A DNA stretch of 32,000 nucleotides from Aliivibrio fischeri ES114 (lineage in GTDB: Bacteria > Pseudomonadota > Gammaproteobacteria > Enterobacterales > Vibrionaceae). The notes under the pieces were generated by a model, which saw only the letters and a list, made by a program, of their open reading frames with translations, made no database searches and was not told where the DNA came from. The DNA lies in NCBI RefSeq assembly GCF_000011805.1, contig NC_006841.2; one strand, 5' to 3'. The position numbers and the translations under genes are program-made. Shown in pieces: positions 7,313-14,153 of this stretch; positions within the stretch are counted from its first letter, which is position 1; every line of letters begins with the position of its first letter.

Positions 7313-7801
7313 TGTGCATTTCTCAAGTGAAGTCAGTTGTAAATAAGAACATTCTAATTTTTCAACAAAGGATTCGCTTATATCAGGAAATCCTTTAGTA
7401 AACTTCTCAACATATGACACTTTAAAAAGATCATATAAAAAGCTACTTTCTATTTTCGCAACATGAATTGGGGAATAAGGTCTAAAAGAAATAATAAAAT
7501 CATCAAGCTCATCGTCATCAATTAAGTTATATTGATCTCCAGTAATATCAATTACCATCCCCTCAATTTCTATCCAATAATGCGTTATAGAACAATTATC
7601 AGGACGAGCTCCTCCGACACCTATAATTTCAATATCAGGATAAAGTTTAAGAAAATGATACACAAGAATCATTGATGTCAATTTGCAGCTCATTACTGGA
7701 AAATCGTCTATTACCAACTCTGTTGCTTCAGGATCACATGATTGAATCAGTTTTCTAAACCTAATAGCTTCATTCAGTATTACATTCCGCTCTATACTCA
7801 C
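7310..7801 (-). CDS. Hypothetical cassette protein (about 163 aa) with a Cys...His...Asp arrangement
   Basis: The tracked ATG at 7819 lies in the attC junction. GTG at 7801 follows a perfect AAAGGAGG. Motifs are FPVMSCKLTS, then SITHYWIEIEGMVIDITGD. Confidence 0.55.
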   Translation of the reverse strand: MSIERNVILNEAIRFRKLIQSCDPEATELVIDDFPVMSCKLTSMILVYHFLKLYPDIEIIGVGGARPDNCSITHYWIEIEGMVIDITGDQYNLIDDDELDDFIISFRPYSPIHVAKIESSFLYDLFKVSYVEKFTKGFPDISESFVEKLECSYLQLTSLEKCT

Positions 7802-7818
7802 ATTGCCTCCTTTGCACA

Positions 7819-7939
7819 TAACGCCTGCATAACACGTTTGCTACGATACAGACTTACCTGAATTTTACTGCCTTAATCACTGAAACTAAAGGCAAACTGA
7901 CAACGCCGAGTGTAGCAAATCGTGTTGATGCATTTGTTA
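7819..7939 (-). repeat. attC site, subtype A2, 121 bp
   Basis: TAACGCCTGCATAACACGTTTGCTAC ... GTAGCAAATCGTGTTGATGCATTTGTTA. Confidence 0.9.
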
Positions 7940-8824
7940 TATTGCTGGTCTATGGTCTTCTTTGTTAGGAGGGATCATTGCTGATGTCCATTTTAATATT
8001 ACTGATAATCCATTCCAATTTCGCAGTCTTTCTTGATAAAGAAGTTCAGTAACATAATTACTTAATTTTTCGTCATCAAGCTCAGGGTTAAGATTATTTT
8101 CTTTAATAACATGAAATAATGCTGTCGCTCTTTTTTTACGAAACTTAACATCAGATTTATGAGAAAAAAGAGAAACCGCAGGCATAATAAACATACCTGT
8201 AACCACAACTACAATAAGAACAAAACTAAGCATAAACAACACTAACCAAGAAGTAGTTTTAATTGAATCTCGACTACTTGAAGGACTATTATCTATGTCA
8301 TATTCTCTAGTATCAATACCAATTGCAGACACTTTTACTTTGGGTTCTTCTGTTCCTTCAAAAAGAAGCCGCAATTGTAATCCCGGTTCAGGTCCATCAA
8401 CTCGATTAATTGCTTGAGCAATAAAATTGAAATAGTATTTGTTACCATCAAATACCATTTTCTTTGTTTGTATAACAGAGTCTGTCGTTTCGTGCTCACC
8501 TACTACCGCATGTGCTAATACCTTAAATTCTTTTACATTTTCTGGCTCTATAATTATAGTCACTGGCAGGTCAAGTAAATCTTTAGTCGAAAAGTTAACC
8601 AACGATACATACATGATGCCAATCTTTTCTTTTTCTGCATTATTAACGATTAGTCTTATTTCATCATCAGGAAACTTAGGCTTTGAGAAATAATTACTTT
8701 CAAATTTCTTATGGATATCTAATTTTGGAACTTTAACTTGCTCCAAATATAGTAAATAACCAATCACCGCAGTAAAAATTGCAGTTAAAGTACAAGAGAA
8801 AACGACTCTCCATATTCCATTCAT
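7937..8824 (-). CDS. Membrane protein, 295 aa: N-terminal TM, ~170-aa middle domain, second long hydrophobic segment, charged C-terminal tail
   Basis: Hydrophobic stretches VVFSCTLTAIFTAVIGYLLYL and WLVLFMLSFVLIVVVVTGMFIMPAVSLF. No family recognised. The stop overlaps the attC end. Confidence 0.6.
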   Translation of the reverse strand: MNGIWRVVFSCTLTAIFTAVIGYLLYLEQVKVPKLDIHKKFESNYFSKPKFPDDEIRLIVNNAEKEKIGIMYVSLVNFSTKDLLDLPVTIIIEPENVKEFKVLAHAVVGEHETTDSVIQTKKMVFDGNKYYFNFIAQAINRVDGPEPGLQLRLLFEGTEEPKVKVSAIGIDTREYDIDNSPSSSRDSIKTTSWLVLFMLSFVLIVVVVTGMFIMPAVSLFSHKSDVKFRKKRATALFHVIKENNLNPELDDEKLSNYVTELLYQERLRNWNGLSVILKWTSAMIPPNKEDHRPAI

Positions 8825-8860
8825 CGATTTTAAACTCCTTCTATAATCTCAAGAGCAATA

Positions 8861-8961
8861 TAACGCCACAATAACACGTGCGAAAGACTGACTTACAAAA
8901 CCAATTATACTCCAAACCGCGAATGCCGAATGTAAATAGCATCGTGTTGATTGCTTTGTTA
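8861..8961 (-). repeat. attC site, short subtype S, 101 bp
   Basis: TAACGCCACAATAACACGTGCGAAAG ... GTAAATAGCATCGTGTTGATTGCTTTGTTA. Confidence 0.88.
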
Positions 8962-9422
8962 TACGAGCCTTGCTTTCGCTCCAATTAACTTGGTAAAGAA
9001 CTGATTTACCAAGATTTGCTGTAAACTGAGTTTAATTAGACTGGCTCAATTAAGCGAGCAAAATATCCAACCAACAACAATAATTGTGAAACGAAACAAT
9101 CCCTTTTTCTTACACTATTTGTACGATTTGGTTTCATCAACTTCTGAGCTAATAAACCAAATATCCTAACCACAATTGGGATTGAAAATGCTGCGAGGAA
9201 AACACTGATGCAGGCTAAAATGAGGCAAAACCATGAACAATTGAAGCGTAAATTAGTTTCTGAAACGCCTGAATTTGGGGCAATAATAGTTCAATGCCGA
9301 ACCTGATGAAACGAACACTAAAAGGCAACAAAGAAAAAGGAAAACCACCTTACTTTCACACCTAAAAAACTAATGGTTCAATCGCTGAACTGAACCAAAA
9401 AACTGCATTCTCAGAGTTCGTA
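8962..9422. other. ORF-less integron cassette, paralog family copy 2 of 3
   Basis: No tracked ORF. Shares a conserved core (about 9170-9340: CCACAATTGGGATTGAAAATGCTGCGAGG...AAAAGGCAACAAAGAA) and a 25-nt hairpin at 8989-9013 with the other two copies. Confidence 0.6.
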
Positions 9423-9541
9423 TAACGCCTGCATAACACGTTTGCTACCGTGCAGATTAAGATCAAATTTACCACTTAAAACAGTAAACTCAAAGAAACC
9501 TAGAATGCCGAGTGTAGCAAATCGTGTTGATGCATTTGTTA
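9423..9541 (-). repeat. attC site, subtype A, 119 bp
   Basis: TAACGCCTGCATAACACGTTTGCTAC ... GTAGCAAATCGTGTTGATGCATTTGTTA. Confidence 0.9.
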
Positions 9542-9550
9542 TGCCTTAAC

Positions 9551-10075
9551 TCAGTAAAGTTTCAATTCTCTTAACAACTTAACTGCTGCATCTTTCGGCT
9601 GTATATCACTCGTATCTACTGACGCATCGTATTTTATGAAATTATGAACCAATGGATACTCCGATTCAGCTAATCCGATTGCACGATCACCACGCGCTAA
9701 TTCTCGTGCAATACAGACATCTAATCTACACATTACCTTGACTCGAACTACGTTAAATCCACTCAAAGACTTTTCTAGTGCATTAATTTCGTCTTCATTT
9801 ATCCAAGCATTATCAATAATAAGTCTACAACCAGCTTCTAATAGTCCTTTAACACAATTATGGTAACCTTCGGTTAATTGCCCATAATCATACCCAGAAC
9901 GACTTATTGGATCCCCTGCTATCATTCTCCTGAGGTCTGTTGGAGGTAAAGCATATAAAACACTATCAATACTAAAATTTAGATATTGTATTGATAATAA
10001 TTCTTGTAACTCTTTAGCTAAGCTAGTTTTTCCAGAACTTCCTGTTCCATTAAGCAAGATTATATCTGGGTACAT
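9551..10075 (-). CDS. Chloramphenicol phosphotransferase-like (CPT family) P-loop kinase, 174 aa
   Basis: IILLNGTGSSGKTSLAKELQ (Walker A), then LNFSIDS, LIIDNAW and ARELARGDRAIGLAE. These align well by eye with the Streptomyces CPT layout (ILNGGSSAGKS / FGVD / IIDDV / ARGDR). Confidence 0.75.
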   Translation of the reverse strand: MYPDIILLNGTGSSGKTSLAKELQELLSIQYLNFSIDSVLYALPPTDLRRMIAGDPISRSGYDYGQLTEGYHNCVKGLLEAGCRLIIDNAWINEDEINALEKSLSGFNVVRVKVMCRLDVCIARELARGDRAIGLAESEYPLVHNFIKYDASVDTSDIQPKDAAVKLLRELKLY

Positions 10076-10102
10076 TGTAAGATTCCTTTCTCAAAAGAGG
10101 CA

Positions 10103-10223
10103 TAACGCCGCAATAACACGTTTATTACTACGACAACTTAGCTAAATTTTACTGCCTTAAACACTGAAACCAAAGAGAAACCTACAACGCCGAATGTAAT
10201 AAATCGTGTTGATTACTTTGTTA
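10103..10223 (-). repeat. attC site, subtype C, 121 bp
   Basis: TAACGCCGCAATAACACGTTTATTAC ... GTAATAAATCGTGTTGATTACTTTGTTA. Confidence 0.9.
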
Positions 10224-10271
10224 TGCGGCACAAATAAAATTAATTGTGTGGAACCAAGATACTACCCGCAG

Positions 10272-10300
10272 TTACATTAACCAAAAACGGTTACGATACT
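10272..10300 (+). promoter_or_regulatory. Candidate sigma70 promoter for the reverse-oriented cassette gene (TTACAT-17-GATACT)
   Basis: Hexamers at 10272-10277 and 10295-10300. Both hexamers and the spacing are conserved in the paralogous cassette (12530-12558). Confidence 0.35.
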
Positions 10301-10329
10301 TAAAATTTGCACAAAACTAAGAGAACAGA

Positions 10330-10632
10330 ATGGATGCTATTGCTCATTTAATTATCATTTTAGGGAATCCATTTGTATATAAAATTGGACATCTAATTAT
10401 TTCAATTTTAAGCATTGGTAAATTGTCCATTCAACCATTACCAACTAAATTTTCCGCTAATTTTGTGCAAGCGTTTGACGAAGATAAAATCGTAGAAAGT
10501 CAAAATAAACAAAACTACTCAATCTCATATGTAATTGCCCTTACCATTGGTTACGCTGTAACTATAGCTATCTTTGGAACCCTATTATTTTATAATATCG
10601 ATAGTTTTATTGAAGCTCAATCATCGAACTAA
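10330..10632 (+). CDS. Small membrane protein, 100 aa (paralog of 12588-12890), oriented against the array
   Basis: Hydrophobic N-terminal (IAHLIIILGNPFVYKIGHLIISILSIG) and C-terminal (VIALTIGYAVTIAIFGTLLF) segments. AAGAGAA SD-like stretch upstream. Confidence 0.65.
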   Translation: MDAIAHLIIILGNPFVYKIGHLIISILSIGKLSIQPLPTKFSANFVQAFDEDKIVESQNKQNYSISYVIALTIGYAVTIAIFGTLLFYNIDSFIEAQSSN

Positions 10633-10641
10633 AAACCCGCA

Positions 10642-10762
10642 TAACGCCGCAATAACACGTTTATTACTACGACGACTTAGCTGAATTTTACCGCCTTAAA
10701 CACCTAAACCAAAGACAAACCTACAACGCCGAATGTAATAAATCGTGTTGATTGCTTTGTTA
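10642..10762 (-). repeat. attC site, subtype C, 121 bp; identical by eye to 12361-12481
   Basis: TAACGCCGCAATAACACGTTTATTACTACGACGACTTAGCTGAATTTTACCGCC ... GTAATAAATCGTGTTGATTGCTTTGTTA. Confidence 0.9.
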
Positions 10763-10823
10763 TATTGCCTATTGATAAACGACATGAAATCGTTCCAATA
10801 CAAGAACCATGTCCTCACTAGGC

Positions 10824-11234
10824 TTAATAATTTAACTCTGAACATTCAGCAGCAAAGAAACGCCAATGAGCTTCACGCCACCATTTTAATGAACAGTCGC
10901 CCTCGCCTTCTACATGAGCAAACTCAGCCGTAACTTCGTTATATTTACACGTTTCAACTGAATCAATTTCAATGATACAAATTGGTTTCCCATTCCAATC
11001 AACGACTACTTGTAAATGACCAACGGTTGGCATTGGTTCTTCACCAGATTCATACCAAACATTTAAGCTACAAGTTGCTGTCTTTTGACCAATTCGGATT
11101 AATTCTGCGCATAAATTGGCATTATGCTCATCAGCACAGAAATAGTCTGAACTGAATGATTGATACTTTTCACGTTTAATTTCAGAAAGTGAGCTTAGAT
11201 ACTGATCCAAGTAGATTTGAGACTGTTCTTCCAT
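10824..11234 (-). CDS. ASCH domain protein (136 aa)
   Basis: Layout typical of ASCH/YqfB-like proteins: FCADEHNANLCAELIRIGQKTATCS, then a beta-rich core, then EFAHVEGEGDCSLKWWREAHWRFF. Confidence 0.7.
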   Translation of the reverse strand: MEEQSQIYLDQYLSSLSEIKREKYQSFSSDYFCADEHNANLCAELIRIGQKTATCSLNVWYESGEEPMPTVGHLQVVVDWNGKPICIIEIDSVETCKYNEVTAEFAHVEGEGDCSLKWWREAHWRFFAAECSELNY

Positions 11235-11261
11235 GAAATCCTCTTAACTATTTTCGCAATA

Positions 11262-11380
11262 TAACACCTGCATAACACGTTTGCTACCATGCAGATTAAG
11301 CTTAAATTTACCACTTAACGCGGCAAACCCAAAGAAATCTAGAATGCCGAATGTAGCAAATCGTGTTGATGCATTTGTTA
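11262..11380 (-). repeat. attC site, subtype A, 119 bp (starts TAACACC)
   Basis: TAACACCTGCATAACACGTTTGCTAC ... GTAGCAAATCGTGTTGATGCATTTGTTA. Confidence 0.88.
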
Positions 11381-11471
11381 TACGTGTCTACTTTAGTTTG
11401 AATAAGCATATATACAAAACTTAATATAAATTACATCTTATCACAGCTAAAACAACACAAGAGATATGAAT

Positions 11472-11503
11472 AAAAAAAGGGCTCGATGACTGGAATCGAA
11501 CCC
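11472..11503 (-). terminator. Rho-independent terminator (minus strand), unit A
   Basis: Minus strand GGGTTCGAT-TCCAGTC-ATCGAGCCC followed by TTTTTTT. 9-bp stem with one G-U pair. Confidence 0.7.
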
Positions 11504-11627
11504 TGAACGTGAAATGCCTGTCTACAGCAGCACAAAAATTATGAGGAGCTCCAGTTTATTACTGGAATCACTCTTAACCAACTGTAAAATAAGACAGGTT
11601 TGTTTTTAACGCTACCCCCCTCGGCAC

Positions 11628-11662
11628 AAAAAAAAGGGACTCATTGGCTAAAATTGAGTCCC
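11628..11662 (-). terminator. Rho-independent terminator (minus strand), unit B
   Basis: Minus strand GGGACTCA-(11-nt loop)-TGAGTCCC followed by TTTTTTTT. Confidence 0.7.
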
Positions 11663-11799
11663 AGACATGAAATGCTTGTCTACAGCAACACATAAGTAAG
11701 GAGTGACTACGATTTTATTACATTGACACTGCCTTACTAACTGTAAAATCAGGTAGGTTACTATTAAATATTTATAATTTGGACGTCATTGATTTCGTA

Positions 11800-11900
11800 T
11801 AACGCCGCAATAACACGTGCGAACGACTTACTTTCCAAACCAATTATACTTCAAACCACAAACGCCGAGTGTAATTAGCATCGTGTTGATTGCTTTGTTA
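11800..11900 (-). repeat. attC site, short subtype S, 101 bp
   Basis: TAACGCCGCAATAACACGTGCGAAC ... GTAATTAGCATCGTGTTGATTGCTTTGTTA. Confidence 0.88.
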
Positions 11901-12360
11901 CACGATCTTTGTCAACGCTTCGCTTTAATTGGTAAAGAACTGATTTACCAATAATATTTAGAAACCAATTCTAAATTACAAAAGCTAATTTAGCGAACAA
12001 AAGAACCGTTCAACTACAAAAACTGCGAAACGAAACAATCCTTTTTCTAGCACCATTTGTACGATTTAGTATCAGCAAGTTTGGAGCTGATAAATCAAAT
12101 ATCTTTGCCACAATTGGGATTGATAATGTTGTGAGGAAAACACTGATGCAGGATAAAATGAGGCATAACCAAAGAACAATTGAAGCGTAAAAATATCTCT
12201 GAAACGCCTGAACTTAGATCGACAATAGTCAATTGCCGAACCAAATGAAATGAAAGCTAAAAGGAAACAAAGAAGAAGGAAAACTACCCTACTTTAACAT
12301 CTAAAAATCGAATGGTTCTATCGCTGAACTGAGCCAAAAAACTGCAATCTTTAGTTCGTG
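11901..12360. other. ORF-less integron cassette, paralog family copy 3 of 3
   Basis: No tracked ORF. Alignable to copies 1 and 2. Hairpin at 11928-11952 carries a compensatory end pair (A...T instead of C...G). Confidence 0.6.
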
Positions 12361-12481
12361 TAACGCCGCAATAACACGTTTATTACTACGACGACTTAGC
12401 TGAATTTTACCGCCTTAAACACCTAAACCAAAGACAAACCTACAACGCCGAATGTAATAAATCGTGTTGATTGCTTTGTTA
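12361..12481 (-). repeat. attC site, subtype C, 121 bp; identical by eye to 10642-10762
   Basis: Same 121-nt string as 10642-10762. Confidence 0.9.
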
Positions 12482-12587
12482 TGCGGCACAAATAAAATTA
12501 ATAGTGTGGAACCAAGGTACTACCCACAGTTACATTAACCAAAAATGGTTACGATACTTAAAACTTGCACAAAACTAAGAGAACAGA

Positions 12588-12890
12588 ATGGATGCTATTG
12601 CTCATTTAATTATCATTTTAGGGAATCCATTTGCATATAAAATTGGACACCTAATTATTTCAATTTTAAGTCTTGGTAAATTGTCCATTCAACCATTACC
12701 AACTAAATTTTCTGCTAATTTCGTGCAAGCCTTTGACGAAGATAAGGTCGTAGAAAACCAAAATAAACAAAACTACTCAATATCATATGGAGTTACCCTT
12801 TCCATTGGTTACGCTGTAACTATAGCTATCCTTGGAACCCTATTATTTTATAATATTGATAGTTTTATTGAAGCTCAAACATCAGAATAA
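12588..12890 (+). CDS. Small membrane protein, 100 aa (paralog of 10330-10632)
   Basis: 89 of 100 residues identical to the other copy (11 substitutions counted by hand). The upstream promoter-like and SD region is conserved. Confidence 0.65.
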   Translation: MDAIAHLIIILGNPFAYKIGHLIISILSLGKLSIQPLPTKFSANFVQAFDEDKVVENQNKQNYSISYGVTLSIGYAVTIAILGTLLFYNIDSFIEAQTSE

Positions 12891-12900
12891 AACACCCGCA

Positions 12901-13019
12901 TAACGCCTGCATAACACGTTTGCTACCATGTAGATTAAGTCCAAATTTACCACTAAACACGGTAAACCCAAAGAAACCTAGAATGCCGAATGTAGCAAAT
13001 CGTGTTGATGCATTTGTTA
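12901..13019 (-). repeat. attC site, subtype A, 119 bp
   Basis: TAACGCCTGCATAACACGTTTGCTAC ... GTAGCAAATCGTGTTGATGCATTTGTTA. Confidence 0.9.
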
Positions 13020-13031
13020 TGTGCGATATTT

Positions 13032-13430
13032 CTACGCATTCCATTCTTTGTTTTGAAGCACAATTCTATAACCATCAATATCTTCAAATGTTTTACCAAC
13101 AATATCCCAATATTTATTATAAGAAGAAACTATTTCAAAACCGGCTATCACCATTCTTTCACAGCATTCCACCCAAATATCATTATCAGAAAAATAGAAT
13201 ACAAGTAGATTATCTTGAGTTGGAGCTTTACCTACCATTTTCCCTTTATGGTGAGTAAACTCTAAGTGATAATTATGCTTTTCATGACCAATTATTGAGC
13301 CATCAAAACCATTGTGATCTTCAAAAGTTCCTAATAACTGAAATCCCAAACCATTCACATACATCTCTGTAATTTTATGAAGATTATCAGTTGGTCGAGC
13401 AACTCTCATTTTTGAAGTTTGAGGTATCAT
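13032..13430 (-). CDS. VOC (glyoxalase / bleomycin-resistance / dioxygenase fold) family protein, about 132 aa
   Basis: RVARPTDNLHKITEMYVNGLGFQLLGTFEDHNGFDG...HLEFTHH...FEDIDGYRIVL resembles small VOC proteins. The start is moved from the attC-junction ATG (13457) to ATG 13430, which follows AAGGAAA. Confidence 0.6.
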   Translation of the reverse strand: MIPQTSKMRVARPTDNLHKITEMYVNGLGFQLLGTFEDHNGFDGSIIGHEKHNYHLEFTHHKGKMVGKAPTQDNLLVFYFSDNDIWVECCERMVIAGFEIVSSYNKYWDIVGKTFEDIDGYRIVLQNKEWNA

Positions 13431-13456
13431 GAAATTTCCTTTTCCTTTTTTGCACA

Positions 13457-13576
13457 TAACGCCTGCATAACACGTTTGCTACTATGCAATTATACTTAAT
13501 ATTGACGCCTTAAAACGAGAAACACCCGGCAAACTGAGATTGCCGAGTGTAGTAAATCGTGTTGATGCATTTGTTA
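13457..13576 (-). repeat. attC site, subtype B, 120 bp
   Basis: TAACGCCTGCATAACACGTTTGCTAC ... GTAGTAAATCGTGTTGATGCATTTGTTA. Confidence 0.88.
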
Positions 13577-13700
13577 TAACGCTGCCAATACTTTTCACCC
13601 ATCCTATTAGGCATTGAGTATAAAGGATAATATCTATCACTATGCGACTTGAATTTTTTAAGGCATTCACACTAAATGATAGCTCAAAACTCTTTACCCT

Positions 13701-14072
13701 TTAGTAAAGTCTTTTTAGCCCTTCATCACAAGCATACATAGATTTTGAGTTGCCTTTATAGCCATAGTTCGTCTTATATTCCCATTTATAACCAACATAT
13801 CCACCATAGCTATTTTTCGCATTGTAACGAATGCAATATCCCTTATTTTCTTCAACTGGTTTCTTCACTGAAGGCTCCCAATATTGAAAGATATCAGCAA
13901 ACTTAGCGCTATCCGGATCTTTTAGTGATGATTTCAAATCATCTAATGCCTTTACAATTTCTATTGGTGGCTTAGACATATCAATCTTTTCATATGTAAG
14001 GTTTTCACTAGAAGTCGACTTACAACCTAAAAGGGATAAAGTGAACATTACAACTAATATTAATTTCTTCAT
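13701..14072 (-). CDS. Lipoprotein, 123 aa
   Basis: Signal peptide with lipobox MKKLILVVMFTLSLLGC. GGAGG SD upstream (+ strand CCTCC at 14079-14083). Confidence 0.7.
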   Translation of the reverse strand: MKKLILVVMFTLSLLGCKSTSSENLTYEKIDMSKPPIEIVKALDDLKSSLKDPDSAKFADIFQYWEPSVKKPVEENKGYCIRYNAKNSYGGYVGYKWEYKTNYGYKGNSKSMYACDEGLKRLY

Positions 14073-14153
14073 TGATTCCTCCGCTTAAAATATAAAGTAT
14101 ATGGTACCATATATTTCACTGAAGTCTATTATGCGCTACGACTACATGCGTTA

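Larger units (their letters stand above)
11381..11799 (-). other. ORF-less cassette containing two tandem, diverged ~150-170-nt units, each ending in a minus-strand intrinsic terminator (candidate small RNAs)
   Basis: No tracked ORF. The units share the blocks AACCT..CT.ATTTTACAGTT.GTAAG and TGCTGTAGACA.GCATTTCA, followed by a hairpin and T-run. Confidence 0.5.

Noticed and set aside
7802-7819. Start codons lying in the attC junction (GCACAT|AACGCC, i.e. GTTATGTGC on the sense strand) for ORFs 7310-7819 and 13032-13457
   Set aside because: The ATG is part of the GTTAT core and has no SD. Both genes have much better internal starts: AAAGGAGG-N4-GTG at 7801 and AAGGAAA-N5-ATG at 13430. Use of the junction ATG cannot be excluded, but it is less likely.
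11479-11520. tRNA-like signal: the minus strand reads GGGTTCGATTCC, resembling a tRNA T-arm and loop
   Set aside because: The flanking bases do not form a T stem (CCAGT instead of the needed complement). No acceptor, D or anticodon arms can be drawn. The paralogous unit B lacks the motif. The sequence is simply the stem-loop of an intrinsic terminator followed by T7.
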